Counted from the first letter of the whole stretch, positions 13,255 to 26,413 are shown. The stretch: 63,928 bases of DNA, filler included, from Trichosphaerium sp. ATCC 40318 (GCA_038496445.1; 4 parts of 4 records of this genome joined end to end with filler, not necessarily neighbours in it), one strand, 5' to 3'. A program made the numbers and translations. The notes: a model not told the origin generated them from the letters alone.

Positions 13255-16200
13255 TTGGGTTTTAGATGAAAAATAACTTAAAATGACTTCTTTAAGCCAA
13301 ATCGAGCAAAATTAGTTATTACAAGATGTTTCCCTGAGGATACCATAAGTACATTGTATGGCTCTTTATTACAACAATATTCAGCGACAAGATCTTGTTG
13401 TCTGGCAAGTAAGGTTAGTTGGAAAATTCTATCACAGAACTAAGCTGTCCGTCTTAAGTGGTGTAATTAGCACCGATGTTCTGGAAGTATAGTCAAACTT
13501 GTAGAATTTGTACCAGGCAAGGATATTGCTGTATCATAGCACGTAAGTATCTTGAGGCATGGTAAGTGTTCAATAAAGTCTTTTGTGACTTTAGGACACC
13601 ATGAAACATCCAACGTTTCTACGTTTACCAAATGCTTTACTCCACTATCTGTTATTTGTTCACATTTCCTCATACACACATGTTTCACTTTGCTAAGTCC
13701 TCTCAACCCAGCATTAGTGATCTTCGTGCCACTTAACTTAATCTTGTTGACATGAGATAAAGCAAAGAGCCATGAGTCTTCAGCGTTAGTCTCTCTGATA
13801 TCAATGGTATGTACGTTCTTAAGAGCTGATATTCCTCTCAAAGTAATGTTGTAACATGATCTTAAAATGAGTGTATGTACATTCACTAGACCTCTAAGAC
13901 CATCGTCTGTCACATTGGTACCGCTTATATCAATCTTGTGCGCTTTGCCAAGTTGTTTAATACTCCTACCAGAGACATGACAGTTTCGTAAATCGATATC
14001 ATAAACCGTGTTTCCATTGCTTAGCAATGCAAGAACACCTTCATCTGTAATGTTTGTATTAGCAACACATATTTTATGAACTCCAGCGAGAGCCTTTAAG
14101 CCATCATTAGTAATGTTCTTACACCTCCCTAGTTTTATCGTATGAACTCCAGCAAGGCATTTTAGAGCGTCATCAGTGATGTGAGAGTTAAATAATCCAA
14201 TAATTGTTGTACCTTTCAATAGTTTGAATCCATTGTTTGTAATACCCTTGGCATTGTAGAGACAGATTTGACTCGCTCCTGAAATGAACTTCATACCTTT
14301 GTCTGTAATTTGATAGCACCTCATGGTCACTGTATCAACAGTTGAAACGTGTTTGAGACCATTATCGGTAATGTTTGTATTGTTCCAAAGTCTTAGATGT
14401 CTTACACCCGAAAGATAAGACAGGTCATCATCTGTCGCTTCTGAAAATGTCGATAAATCAATTTGCGTATTTTGAAGAAGTGGACTCGCTTTCAGACGCT
14501 TAACAGATGCTCTTGACTTTATTCTCAGTGCTATGTAGCCCACGTGATGGTGGATAATATCCGAAAAAAGCCAACACGATTGTGAAGCCTTTATTCTTGC
14601 TGTACGTCTTAGAGACAGGAAGCAATGCGCCAATATCTCCACTGGAAGGTCGGAAAGCTGAATCACGTGTTTAACGCTATAATTACTAATAAACATTAAT
14701 ACGTTAAGCAGGGTGCGGTCGCGATGATTAATCTGACCTTTTGGGAATGGACAACTTCATGATGGTCACACAGTATCAATTTGTAACAACAAAATTAGAA
14801 ATGGCTTGACTCCAGCTCATTCAAGCGTAATTCTTTGCCTAGATTGGTATTCTTTCTCACAATAGAGTAGATGTTACCCGATAGTGAGCAGTATTGATAG
14901 GAAGGATATGTGTGCACGTGACTATTGCCGACTTCAAAAAAAAAGAAGGAGAAAGTTTTACTCCGAACATGGAACACCACTTGTTGCTTTTGTTGCTTCT
15001 GGTGCCTCTAGTTTATTGCGTAACGGATACTATCAAACTTTCCGCGAGTCTCGCTCTTACCGGAGCAAACGGTTCAATAAATGTCTTCCTTGACAATGAA
15101 GTATACGTGGGAATGAAGCAAGTAACACGAAATACTAATCTAGTAATTCTGCCAAATTAACGCTTCTATCAGGCTATACGTCGACCTAATGAATAAAAGA
15201 GGCGGTATTGACGTTGATGGAATAACTTACACACTTGAATTGAACGTAAAGGATTCGCAAGAAAACGATTTAACAGCTGAAGAACATTACATAGAGTTTT
15301 GCGAGGAGATGAAAATGAATATATCTAATCACTTTTTGATTACATCACCACATCCCATAAGCACTGTACGCCCAACGATTGGACTGGAGCAGCGCGGATG
15401 TCCTAGTATCAATGCAGGAGGAGAATCTGATTTTTTTTGGCGTGGGCCAAAAGGTATCTACAACTTTACGCAAGTGGTGCCATTAGGGTTATCTCCGAAA
15501 CGGTATGATCTTTTTTCCTTTGAATCGAACATATCTAACAACTCCCAGAGCTTACAGCTCTATGCTCCCTTTCATACGCATTAAAGAGATGAAGACTGCA
15601 GTACTAGTGTGCGGTTTCAGAGCGCAAGTATTCCATGAGACAAGTTGTGATGTGCGCACGTGGTGTTTTTCCAAAAAAGATCTTTTCGGGATTTGTTTTT
15701 ATTAAATATGTCATTTTAGGTTCTACAACAAGAGTTGCCTCAGTTCCGAGTTAAGTTGTTGGAGACTATTGCCTTTGAAGAAAGCTCACTTGCTAATTTT
15801 GATTTCACAACTGAAACTTCCATTGCTAATTGGACGGGAACAGCTGATCGCATTGCAAGCGTGCGTTGCTATCTTTATTTTTTATTAAATCGATTAACAA
15901 AACCACAAAGCATGACAACCTTGATGTTATGATCATTTCAACACGGACTGCTGCTGTTTTTCACATGCTGAAACGTTTAGTTGAACTAGATAAACTTCCT
16001 CGTCTTATTGTAACGGGCGGTTTTGACGGCTTTTATTCGCGACTTGATGGTACTATTTGTTTGCATTTTGAACAAAAAACAAAAAAAAGTTTCACAAGCG
16101 TTTGCTTACGTGGTCATAGATATCTTTGCAATTAGCCCTCTTGTTGATGCCAATCTTATGAGTGGCATTTCTCGGGTAACATTAACCCTATAACCATGAA

Positions 16201-17875
16201 CACGTGTAACATCGTATAGTTCGTCTCTGAGTCAGAGTTTCCTGCTGATATTTACACTGGGATTTCAATGGCAAACTTTACTGAAATGTACACCAATGCA
16301 ACTGGCAGAACTTTAGATATACCTATGCCAGTATGGGGATTTCTTTCATGCATGATGTGGGTAGAATCCATAAAAGTAAGTCAGCAGGATGAACCTCAAC
16401 AAAGTTCTGTTAAAATTTAAAATAGGCATCAAAGTCTCTTGATGCCACTAAAGTCCTCAGCCGTCTTTTGATGTCAGAATTCGAAACGTTCAATGGAATC
16501 TACTCTTGGGATCCGGGTACTAAATCGCAGTATGTATTTGCCTAACGCAAAAAGAGGATCGGTCTTGTCGATGGGATCCGTACTATGTTCAGCTACAGGT
16601 TCCCAACGGTGGCAGCGATGTAACAAACGCTCTTAAAATTATAGCGCCTCTAGGTGCTACTACAAACTCTGAGCTAGTGTATCCTACACCACTTCCACAT
16701 GAGAGAGTAGTTTCAATTGAGTTCGGTAAGCCTATCCACATTTAATTTTAAACGCCTCTGCTAACTGTTCCGTGATAGGTCGCGTGAGCGAAATCATAAT
16801 GACAGTTTTCACTGTCATAGCTTTGTTGATTGTCGTGGCTTTTTCTATATTCGTAGGATCTCTGAGGAACAATAGGATAGTGCGTGGGTCATCTGTTAAC
16901 TTCTTATTATTGGTGGCATTTGGTGCGCTTTTATTACTTGTTACAAATTTTGTATGGCTTCCTTCACAATGGACAACATTCACATGTCACTTGGCTTTTT
17001 ACACTTTTAATATTGGATTTTCTGTTATGTTTGGGTACGTCTTGTCTTCTTTAAACAACCAGTATATTGATGTTGAACACTAGTTCTCTATTTGCAAAGT
17101 CTTTACGTGTAGTATTGATAATGAGGCAGGCAAAGAGGTTGAAGGTTATTGTAGTGTCAGATGCCCATGTTTTTATATGTGTTCTTGGTTTTGTTACTAT
17201 CGACATTGTACGTTATTTTCCTTATGTGTTATTGCTATATACTTATTGGATGTTCTAGGTGTTACTCTTGTTGTACTCAGCGATTGCCTTTCCGCAAGCA
17301 AGGACAATCCTTCCTGACCCTTATTACTTGAGTAAGGCGTACCTTTTTTGTGAAGCAAGGCGATCATTGGCAAATCAAACATTGATAGGAGTGATGGTTG
17401 CATACAAGGTACAGTATTGAAATACGTAAGAATTTTAACCTCTTCCGAAGTGCGTGTTGATGTTGTTTGGTATATACACCGGATGGCAAGTGCATTACAT
17501 AAAGTACAAGCACTTGAACGAAAGCAAAGTGATAGCTTTTGCATTGTATAATGTAGTTTTCTTTGCTGTCTTGGGGTTCGGATTCTCGTATGCACTTAAC
17601 GATGAAGCCAACGAAAGAACGCGCTATGGACTTTATGCATTGCGCTCATTATCAGTAATACTCGGCGCAGGTACTCAGAAAGATGTAAAGTTCATACTGT
17701 TAATCTATTGTACTAGGATTGACAATTGTTGCTTTGTTTATCCAAAAAATCTTACTCATTGAGGGCCTACTTGTCGATTCTTCTTCATTAGGCGCTCGAG
17801 CAACTTCAGATGAGCCAAGTGATAGTACACATGTCCGTACAAGGATGGCAGAAGACTGGGAGACAAAGTACAATG
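11989..17875. repeat. Left arm of a 5.9-kb inverted duplication (partner 20526-26413)
   Basis: Reverse complement of 20526-26413 with scattered substitutions, many of them synonymous or intronic. Confidence 0.95.
13467..14696 (-). CDS. F-box / leucine-rich-repeat protein (AMN1/Cys-containing subtype), intronless, copy 1
   Basis: N-terminal LSDLPVEILAHCF F-box motif followed by VHTIxLxxCxNITDDGLKAL-type repeats; 409 aa. Confidence 0.85.
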   Translation of the reverse strand: MFISNYSVKHVIQLSDLPVEILAHCFLSLRRTARIKASQSCWLFSDIIHHHVGYIALRIKSRASVKRLKASPLLQNTQIDLSTFSEATDDDLSYLSGVRHLRLWNNTNITDNGLKHVSTVDTVTMRCYQITDKGMKFISGASQICLYNAKGITNNGFKLLKGTTIIGLFNSHITDDALKCLAGVHTIKLGRCKNITNDGLKALAGVHKICVANTNITDEGVLALLSNGNTVYDIDLRNCHVSGRSIKQLGKAHKIDISGTNVTDDGLRGLVNVHTLILRSCYNITLRGISALKNVHTIDIRETNAEDSWLFALSHVNKIKLSGTKITNAGLRGLSKVKHVCMRKCEQITDSGVKHLVNVETLDVSWCPKVTKDFIEHLPCLKILTCYDTAISLPGTNSTSLTILPEHRC

Positions 17876-17994
17876 ACGAAAGAACCAAAAATACACGGCT
17901 AAAGAAAAAGAATGCAGCACTTAAAGCTGAACTACAACAATTTAAAGGGCAAGATAAAGATAAGGATACAGAAGCCGAAACTGTTGTATTGTAG
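14969..17994 (+). CDS. Class C (GABA-B/Grl-like) GPCR: signal peptide, Venus-flytrap-like ectodomain, 7TM, C-terminal coiled coil
   Basis: Signal MEHHLLLLLLLVPLVYC; TM motifs IVRGSSVNFLLLVAFG, GFSVMFGSLFAKSLRV and YKHLNESKVIAFALYNV (7tm_3 signature); tail LKKKNAALKAELQQ; many short introns. Confidence 0.85.
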
Positions 17995-18705
17995 TGTATC
18001 TCCAAAATGTACATAATAATGGTGTAACTTGTTTTTTTATTGAAGCTGTCATAATGTAGCAGCGAAGAGGAAAAAACAGCCCTGAGTACCATTTCCTTAC
18101 TGCCAACACAGACCACAGGCAGTGGTTGTAGCACGTGATATAAATGAAGTAACAACTGATTGATCTATCAAGAAATCTAATGGACAACTGTTTAATAGAT
18201 GGGAATAAACCTAATTGCACTCACATTTTGCACGTGGAGCTTGTTTACGATATTGTATTAGAGAGCTCAGATGATAGTAAGTATCTTTTTCCTCACGTGC
18301 TACAGGAATAGAGTGAACTTTTGCGCGATAATTTTTACACTAGCCAGCTTTTTCAACGCTAGTTGGTATCTGTTCTAACAACTCCTCAGAACAAACGCGA
18401 TACATTGAATAATATCTAAATTTCTTTGCACGCGAAAAAGAATCGCCTATTGGCTGTTGGGAATTCCAGGTCAAGAATTCCAAGAAATACGAGTTTATGA
18501 CGTTTAAGAGCCATTACAACAATGTACAATTTATTCTTTGTGTTTACTTACAATATTGATTAGGTGGTATCCAAATCATGTTTTTGTTACTCCGCGCCAC
18601 AACAGTGGCGCCAAGTATGTTAGATCACACAGTGATTGACATAGAATACGCGCCAGAGAGTAAAGAAGACAAGGTGTTGACAATATCAGTCGTGAGGTTA
18701 TCCTA

Positions 18706-20484
18706 CTATACAGACTTAACATCATCTTGTGCAGTATTTCCGGACTGCGAGGCTGATAATTGATCAAGTTCCCTAATTAGTCCGTTACGATAATCCTCAA
18801 ATGCACGAATCAGCATATCACGCTTGAATTGGTCACTCATCATTTCCTCATTAACTTGACTACATAACACAAACATTAGGTATTTGACAGCTATCTTCAA
18901 CATACTTAAACTTTTTAAGTACCGTTGGATCTTCACTATCATCTCCAGTTTCAGCGAGCTTCAGTACATTCTGGTAAGCTTTGAGTACTGCTGGTAGTTC
19001 GACTATGATAATAATTAGTTGGTGTCAAATTAGGATAAACAAAAGGCTTTACGCAATGTTTGTGGTATAGGTTGTTTTTTGGCAATCTCAAGCAGCTTTG
19101 AAATGAGCATAACTGCTTGCATGTAACTAATCTCATTTTCTGATATTATTTTTAATATAACGTCATAAGGCAACCTATGAGTATTATAAGTTCTGTTGAG
19201 CCTGCTTTTACCCAGTGGGTATCAATTTGTACCCAATATCTTCAGGATTGTATTCTGATGCTATTTCTGACAGATTTGCCAAGTCATTATCACTGTCTTC
19301 ATCGGATGTGTAAGAGTTTGTTTTCTGTATAGGAATCGAGTCTCCTATCAAGTCATCTGTCATAGGTTTTTCCTCTTCATTAACTTGGTTTTCTGTTACA
19401 CTGTCAGTTGGGTTTGTTTGTTCAGCTGGAAACATAGGAATTAGTTCTTCTCTCAGGTCAGTTGCTAGTATTTCCTGAACATTGCTTTCGTCAACCTCAT
19501 CCTCTTCATAAACCGTATTAAGTGTTCTTTGAGCTATCAGACACTTCTCATCACTGCTAAAGCTCTCAAAGACACCAGTAGAAACATGCCCCTTGTACCA
19601 CCTAAATAATGGTTAAGTATAAAGATTTGAGCTGTGACACAAGAGTACATTGTTTTAATTTGCTCAGAAACGTCATTTGCTGTATCCTTCAACACAACAA
19701 TATCAAGTAGTGTACCACTTTCGTGAGGAACATTTGCGAGGATATCCAAGAGCGATTGTGGAGCAGATGTTTTGTCAATGACAATCTTGTCAATGAATGA
19801 TAAAGGTACAAATGAAGGCATGTGCACTTCAATTTGAGTGTGACCGTTTGAATTGAGATAAGCCTCAATGATATCGTGACTTGTAGGGTTGTCGATGTGA
19901 GGGTGGGGTCTAGTAAATTTATCACGTGCTACTTTGCCACCCAAAAGTAGTTTCATCGATGTTTCAATATCCATTGCCATGACTTCCTTCCATTCTGATT
20001 GTGAAACATGTAACAAGTCTCTATGATTTAAGAATACAGCCTTAGTAAAGAGTTAACTAGATCGTGTCTTATACACATTGATTGTACCTCATCACCTGTA
20101 AACTCATATTTCTTGGTTTTTTCCTCTTGCTCAGCCTTTATTTGTTTTTGCTAGTTAGTCTAACAATCAAGTATTTATTCTAACATACGTTTAGAGACCA
20201 AGGTCTTCTGCTTTTAAGAACTTTTCGTCTGTAGTAGTAAATACTTGATACAGGTGATATGTTACAATCTTTGTGCTCCATAATTTCTGTCACGTGTTAA
20301 TTAAAAACTCCAGTTGTAGTAAAGAGATCTCTTTTTACCCCCGAACCAAATTATTATTATTTCGTTCACAATTTGAATTAATGAAAAATAAATGTATGAT
20401 CACCTTTCTTTATCCTGATGTGCACTTGTCCGTATAAATCGTAATTATTGGAACCAAGGGTGGCAAATACATGCTTATCAGTAC
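18706..20484 (-). CDS. 5'-truncated spliced gene with a putative ADP-ribosyltransferase-like (DUF3626/DarT-like) domain and an acidic C-terminal region
   Basis: Joined exons read GTDKHVFATLGSNNYDLYGQVHIRIKKEIMEHKDCNISP...RRPW...GHTQIEVHMPSFVPLSFIDKIVI. Upstream exons are cut off by the duplication breakpoint at 20526. Confidence 0.45.
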
Positions 20485-23432
20485 CTATTTACTATTCAAT
20501 ACTACTATTTTCAAGGACACGTGCCCATTGTACTTTGTCTCCCAGTCTTCTGCCATCCTTGTACGGACATGTGTACTATCACTTGGCTCATCTGAAGTTG
20601 CTCGAGCGCCTAATGAAGAAGAATCGACAAGTAGGCCCTCAATGAGTAAGATTTTTTGGATAAACAAAGCAACAATTGTCAATCCTAGTACAATAGATTA
20701 ACAGTATGAACTTTACATCTTTCTGAGTACCTGCGCCGAGTATTACTGATAATGAGCGCAATGCATAAAGTCCATAGCGCGTTCTTTCGTTGGCTTCATC
20801 GTTAAGTGCATACGAGAATCCGACCCCAAGACAGCAAAGAAAACTACATTATACAATGCAAAAGCTATCACTTTGCTTTCGTTCAAGTGCTTGTACTTTA
20901 TGTAATGCACTTGCCATCCGGTGTATATACCAAACAACATCAACACGCACTTCGGAAGAGGTTAAAATTCTTACGTATTTCAATACTGTACCTTGTATGC
21001 AACCATCACTCCTATCAATGTTTGATTTGCCAATGATCGCCTTGCTTCACAAAAAAGGTACGCCTTACTCAAGTAATAAGGGTCAGGAAGGATTGTCCTT
21101 GCTTGCGGAAAGGCAATCGCTGAGTACAACAAGAGTAACACCTAGAACATCCAATAAGTATATAGCAATAACACATAAGGAAAATAACGTACAATGTCGA
21201 CAGTAACAAAACCAAGAACACATATAAAAACATGCGCATCTGACACTACAATAACCTTCAACCTCTTTGCCTGCCTCATTATCAATACTACACGTAAAGA
21301 CTTTGCAAATAGAGAACTAGTGTTCAACATCAATATAATGGTTGTTTAAAGAAGACAAGACGTACCCAAACATAACAGAAAATCCAATATTAAAAGTGTA
21401 AAAAGCCAAGTGACATGTGAATGTTGTCCATTGTGAAGGAAGCCATACAAAATTTGTAACAAGTAATAAAAGCGCACCAAATGCCACCAATAATAAGAAG
21501 TTAACAGATGACCCACGCACTATCCTATTGTTCCTCAGAGATCCTACGAATATAGAAAAAGCCACAACAATCAACAAAGCTATGACAGTGAAAACTGTCA
21601 TTATAATTTCGCTCACGTGACCTATCACGGAAGAGAAATTAGCAGAGGCGTAAAACTAAAAGTATATCAGCTTACCGAATTCTATTGAAACGACCCTCTC
21701 ATGTGGAAGCGGTGTAGGATACACGAGCTCAGAGTTTGTAGTAGCACCTAGAGGCGCTATAATTTTAAGAGCGTTTGTTACATCGCTGCCACCGTTGGGA
21801 ACCTGTAGCTGAACATAGTACGGATCCCATCGACAAGACCGATCCTCTTTTTGCGTTAGGCAAATACATACTGCGATTTAGTACCGGATCCCAAGAGTAG
21901 ATTCCATTGAACGTTTCGAATTCTGACATCAAAAGACGGCTGAGGACTTTAGTGGCATCAAGAGACTGTGATGCCTATTTTAAATTTTAGACAGAACTTT
22001 GTTGAGGTTCATCCTGTTGACTTACTTTTATGGATTCTACCCACATCATGCATGAAAGAAATCCCCATACTGGCATAGGTATATCTAAAGTTCTGCCAGT
22101 TGCATTGGTGTACATTTCAGTAAAGTTTGCCATTGAAATACCAGTGTAAATATCAGCAGGAAACTCTGACTCAGAGACGAACTATATGATGTTACACGTG
22201 TTCATGGTTAATAGGCTAATGTTACCCGAGAAATGCCGCTCATGAGATTGGCATCAACAAGAGGGCTAATTGCAAAGATATCTATGAACACAGTAAGCAA
22301 ACGCTTGTGAACTTTTTTTTTGTTTTTTCACAAAATGTAAACAAACAGTACCATCAAGTCGCGAATAAAAGCCGTCAAAACCGCCCGTTACAATAAGACG
22401 AGGAAGTTTATCTAGTTCAACTAAACGTTTCAGCATGTGAAAAACAGCAGCAGTCCGTGTTGAAATGATCATAACATCAAGGTTATCATGCTTTGTGGTT
22501 TTGTTAATCGATTTATAAAAAAATAAAGATAGCAACGCACGCTTGCAATGCGATCAGCTGTTCCCGTCCAATTAGCAATGGAAGTTTCAGTTGTGAAATC
22601 AAAATTAGCAAGTGAGCTTTCTTCAAAGGCAATAGTCTCCAACAACTTAACTCGGAACTGAGGCAACTCTTGTTGTAGAACCTAAAATGACATATTTAAT
22701 AAAAATAAATCCCGAAAAGATCTTTTTTTGGAAAACACCACGTGCGCACATCACAACTTGTCTCATGGAATACTTGCGCTCTGAAACCGCACACTAGTAC
22801 TGCAGTCTTCATCTCTTTAATGCGTATGAAAGGGAGCATAGAGCTGTAAGCTCTGGGAGTTGTTAGATATGTTCGATTCAAAGGAAAAAAGATCATACCG
22901 TTTCGGAGATAGCCCTAATGGCACCACTTGCGTAAAGTTGTAGATACCTTTTGGCCCACGCCAAAAAAAATCAGATTCTCCTCCTGCATTGATACTAGGA
23001 CATCCGCGCTGCTCCAGTCCAATCGTTGGGCGTACAGTGCTTATGGGATGTGGTGATGTAATCAAAAAGTGATTAGATATATTCATATTCATCTCCTCGC
23101 AAAACTCTATGTAATGTTCTTCAGCTGTAAAATCGTTTTCTTGCGAATCCTTTACGTTCAATTCAAGTGTGTAAGTTATTCCATCAACGTCAATACCGCC
23201 TCTTTTATTCATTAGGTCGACGTATAGCCTGATAGAAGCGTTAATTTGGCAGAATTACTAGATTAGTATTTCGTGTTACTTGCTTCATTCCCACGTATAC
23301 TTCATTGTCAAGGAAGACATTTATTGAACCGTTTGCTCCGGTAAGAGCGAGACTCGCGGAAAGTTTGATAGTATCCGTTACGCAATAAACTAGAGGTGCC
23401 AGAAGCAACAAAAGCAACAAGTGGTGTTCCAT
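20485..23432 (-). CDS. Class C GPCR copy 2, C-terminal coiled coil lost at the breakpoint
   Basis: Inverted copy of 14969-17875; ends WETKYN-GHVSLKIVVLNSK* instead of the coiled coil. Confidence 0.8.
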
Positions 23433-23703
23433 GTTCGGAGTAAAACTTTCTCCTTTTTTTTTTTGAAGTCGGCAATAGTCACGTGCACACATATCCTTCC
23501 TATCAATGCTGCTCACTATCGGGTAACATCTACTCTATTGTGAGAAAGAATACCAATCTAGGCAAAGAATTACGCTTGAATGAGCTGGAGTCAAGCCATT
23601 TCTAATTTTGTTGTTACAAATTGATACTGTGTGACCATCATGAAGTTGTCCATTCCCAAAAGGTCAGATTAATCATCGCGACCGCACCCTGCTTAACGTA
23701 TTA

Positions 23704-24933
23704 ATGTTTATTAGTAATTATAGCGTTAAACACGTGATTCAGCTTTCCGACCTTCCAGTGGAGATATTGGCGCATTGCTTCCTGTCTCTAAGACGTACAG
23801 CAAGAATAAAGGCTTCACAATCGTGTTGGCTTTTTTCGGATATTATCCACCATCACGTGGGCTACATAGCACTGAGAATAAAGTCAAGAGCATCTGTTAA
23901 GCGTCTGAAAGCGAGTCCACTTCTTCAAAATACGCAAATTGATTTATCGACATTTTCAGAAGCGACAGATGATGACCTGTCTTATCTTTCGGGTGTAAGA
24001 CATCTAAGACTTTGGAACAATACAAATATTACCGATAATGGTCTCAAACACGTTTCAACTGTTGATACAGTGACCATGAGGTGCTATCAAATTACAGACA
24101 AAGGTATGAAGTTCATTTCAGGAGCGAGTCAAATCTGTCTCTACAATGCCAAGGGTATTACAAACAATGGATTCAAACTATTGAAAGGTACAACAATTAT
24201 TGGATTATTTAACTCTCACATCGCTGATGACGCTCTAAAATGCCTTGCTGGAGTTCATACGATAAAACTAGGGAGGTGTAAAAACATTACAAATGATGGC
24301 TTAAAGGCGCTCGCTGGAGTTCATAAAATATGTGTTGCTAATACAAACATTACAGATAAAGGTGTTCTTGCATTGCTAAGCAATGGAAACACGGTTTATG
24401 ATATCGATTTACGAAACTGTCATGTCTCTGGTAGGAGTATTAAACAACTTGGCAAGGCACACAAGATTGATATAAGCGGTACCAATGTTACAGACGATGG
24501 TCTCAGAGGTCTAGTGAATGTACATACACTCATTTTAAGATCATGCTACAACATTACTTTGAGAGGGATATCAGCTCTTAAGAACGTCCACACCATTGAT
24601 ATCAGAGAGACTAACGCTGAAGACTCATGGCTCTTTGCTTTATCTCATGTCAACAAGATTAAGTTAAGTGGCACGAAGATCACTAATGCTGGGTTGAGAG
24701 GACTTAGCAAAGTGAAGCATGTGTGTATGAGGAAATGTGAACAAGTAACAGATAGTGGAGTAAAGCATTTGGTAAACGTAGAAACGTTGGATGTTTCATG
24801 GTGTCCTAAAGTCACAAAAGACTTTATTGAACACTTACCATGCCTCAAGATACTTACGTGCTATGATACAGCAATATCCTTGCCTGGTACAAATTCTACA
24901 AGTTTGACTATACTTCCAGAACATCGGTGCTAA
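23704..24933 (+). CDS. F-box/LRR protein copy 2
   Basis: 409 aa with 3 amino-acid differences from 13467-14696. Confidence 0.85.
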   Translation: MFISNYSVKHVIQLSDLPVEILAHCFLSLRRTARIKASQSCWLFSDIIHHHVGYIALRIKSRASVKRLKASPLLQNTQIDLSTFSEATDDDLSYLSGVRHLRLWNNTNITDNGLKHVSTVDTVTMRCYQITDKGMKFISGASQICLYNAKGITNNGFKLLKGTTIIGLFNSHIADDALKCLAGVHTIKLGRCKNITNDGLKALAGVHKICVANTNITDKGVLALLSNGNTVYDIDLRNCHVSGRSIKQLGKAHKIDISGTNVTDDGLRGLVNVHTLILRSCYNITLRGISALKNVHTIDIRETNAEDSWLFALSHVNKIKLSGTKITNAGLRGLSKVKHVCMRKCEQVTDSGVKHLVNVETLDVSWCPKVTKDFIEHLPCLKILTCYDTAISLPGTNSTSLTILPEHRC

Positions 24934-25145
24934 TTACACCACTTAAGACGGACAGCTTAGTTCTGTGATAGAATTTTCCAACTAACCTTACTTGCCAGAC
25001 AACAAGATCTTGTCGCTGAATATTGTTGTAATAAAGAGCCATACAATGTACTTATGGTATCCTCAGGGAAACATCTTGTAATAACTAATTTTGCTCGAGT
25101 TGGCTTAAAGAAGTCATTTTAAGTTATTTTTCATCTAAAACCCAA

Positions 25146-26413
25146 ATGATGCTGCAGCGTACGATCGCTGTTTTCTTGGTGTTGGCAGTACGACATCTAT
25201 TTCCTAATAAATACATGCCGTTTAATCATGTTACAGGTTGCGTATGCGGCCAACATTATTGTGAATGGTAAAGACACCGAAAGAATGTTTTATGGTAAGC
25301 ACGTGAAAATTAATCAAACGAAAAAAAAACGGTTGATGGATCACAACACTAACTAGCACTACTTTTCTTTCGAATTTGTTTATTTCGGATATCTTCGCTT
25401 GATTCTAATTTTATGTAAGGTATTGGAGGACTCAGCGCCGTAGTAGCACAGTGCTAGTCCAAGATTGTAATGAATACTTTAGGTGCCAGTTCTCGCCTTC
25501 TTGTTGACTACGAGGAACCTTATCGCTCTCAGATACTCGACTATGTACGTTGATGGATATAGATCCTCATTGTAAATCACGTGACACCTTGTTTTTTAGC
25601 TGTTCAAGCCTAATTTCGGTGCTTCGCTTCATATTCTGAAAGTAGAAATCGGTGGTGACACTCAAAGTACAGATGGAACTGAATCTAGCCACATGCACTT
25701 CAAGGAAGACCTTAACTTCAAGAGAGGTACACAGCGCTTATTTATTGCTGCAGCTTGTTTTTAATTACTACAGGATACGAATTTTGGCTTTTAGTAGAGG
25801 CAAAGAAGAGAAACCCTGACATCACCACTTATGCTTTATCTTGGGGAGTACCTGGATGGATTGGTGACTATTTCTCACAAGATAACATTGACTACCAGGT
25901 GAAATGGCTTCAAGGTGAGCGTTATTCAACCACGTGTTGTAGATTGACTTTTGTTAAGGTGTTAAAGCTAACTACAACATTGAAATCGACTACATTGGTA
26001 TATGGAACGAGAGGCCTTACCAAGTTGACTATATTATAAACCTCAGGTGTGTTTGTTGTTTCAAATTGGCTTTGCAAACTCTTTGTTTCAAGTAAGGCTA
26101 TTACTGCTGCTGGACTCAAAACAAAGATTGTAGCTGCGGATAGCGCCGGGAACAAGTGGAAAATCGTGGAAGGTTTTGTTTTCATTAGTAAATCTTTCAC
26201 TAAAGCTATTAGACATGAAGAGTAATCCAGAATTAAAAGAAGCAGTGGACGTTGTAGGAGGTATGTAGCGAACAAGTTCTATTGTTTTAATAATATTTGT
26301 AAGTTCACTATCCTGGCACTACTAGCACACCTGATGCTGTGGCGCTTGGCACTCCTCTTTGGTCATCTGAAGATTATTCTACACACTCAAATAATGTTGG
26401 CAGTGGATGCTGG
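25146..26413 (+). CDS. GALC: Galactosylceramidase copy 2, 5' part only (contig end), with a 1-nt deletion at a splice donor near 25440
   Basis: Inverted copy of the GALC 5' exons; reads ctcagcgccgtagtag where copy 1 has ctcagcgccggtagtag. Confidence 0.8.

Larger units (their letters stand above)
20526..26413. repeat. Right arm of the 5.9-kb inverted duplication, running to the contig end
   Basis: Reverse-complement match to 11989-17875. Confidence 0.95.

Noticed and set aside
20440-20540. In-frame GPCR-ART fusion created by the duplication
   Set aside because: The available splice donors give the wrong phase and an immediate stop.
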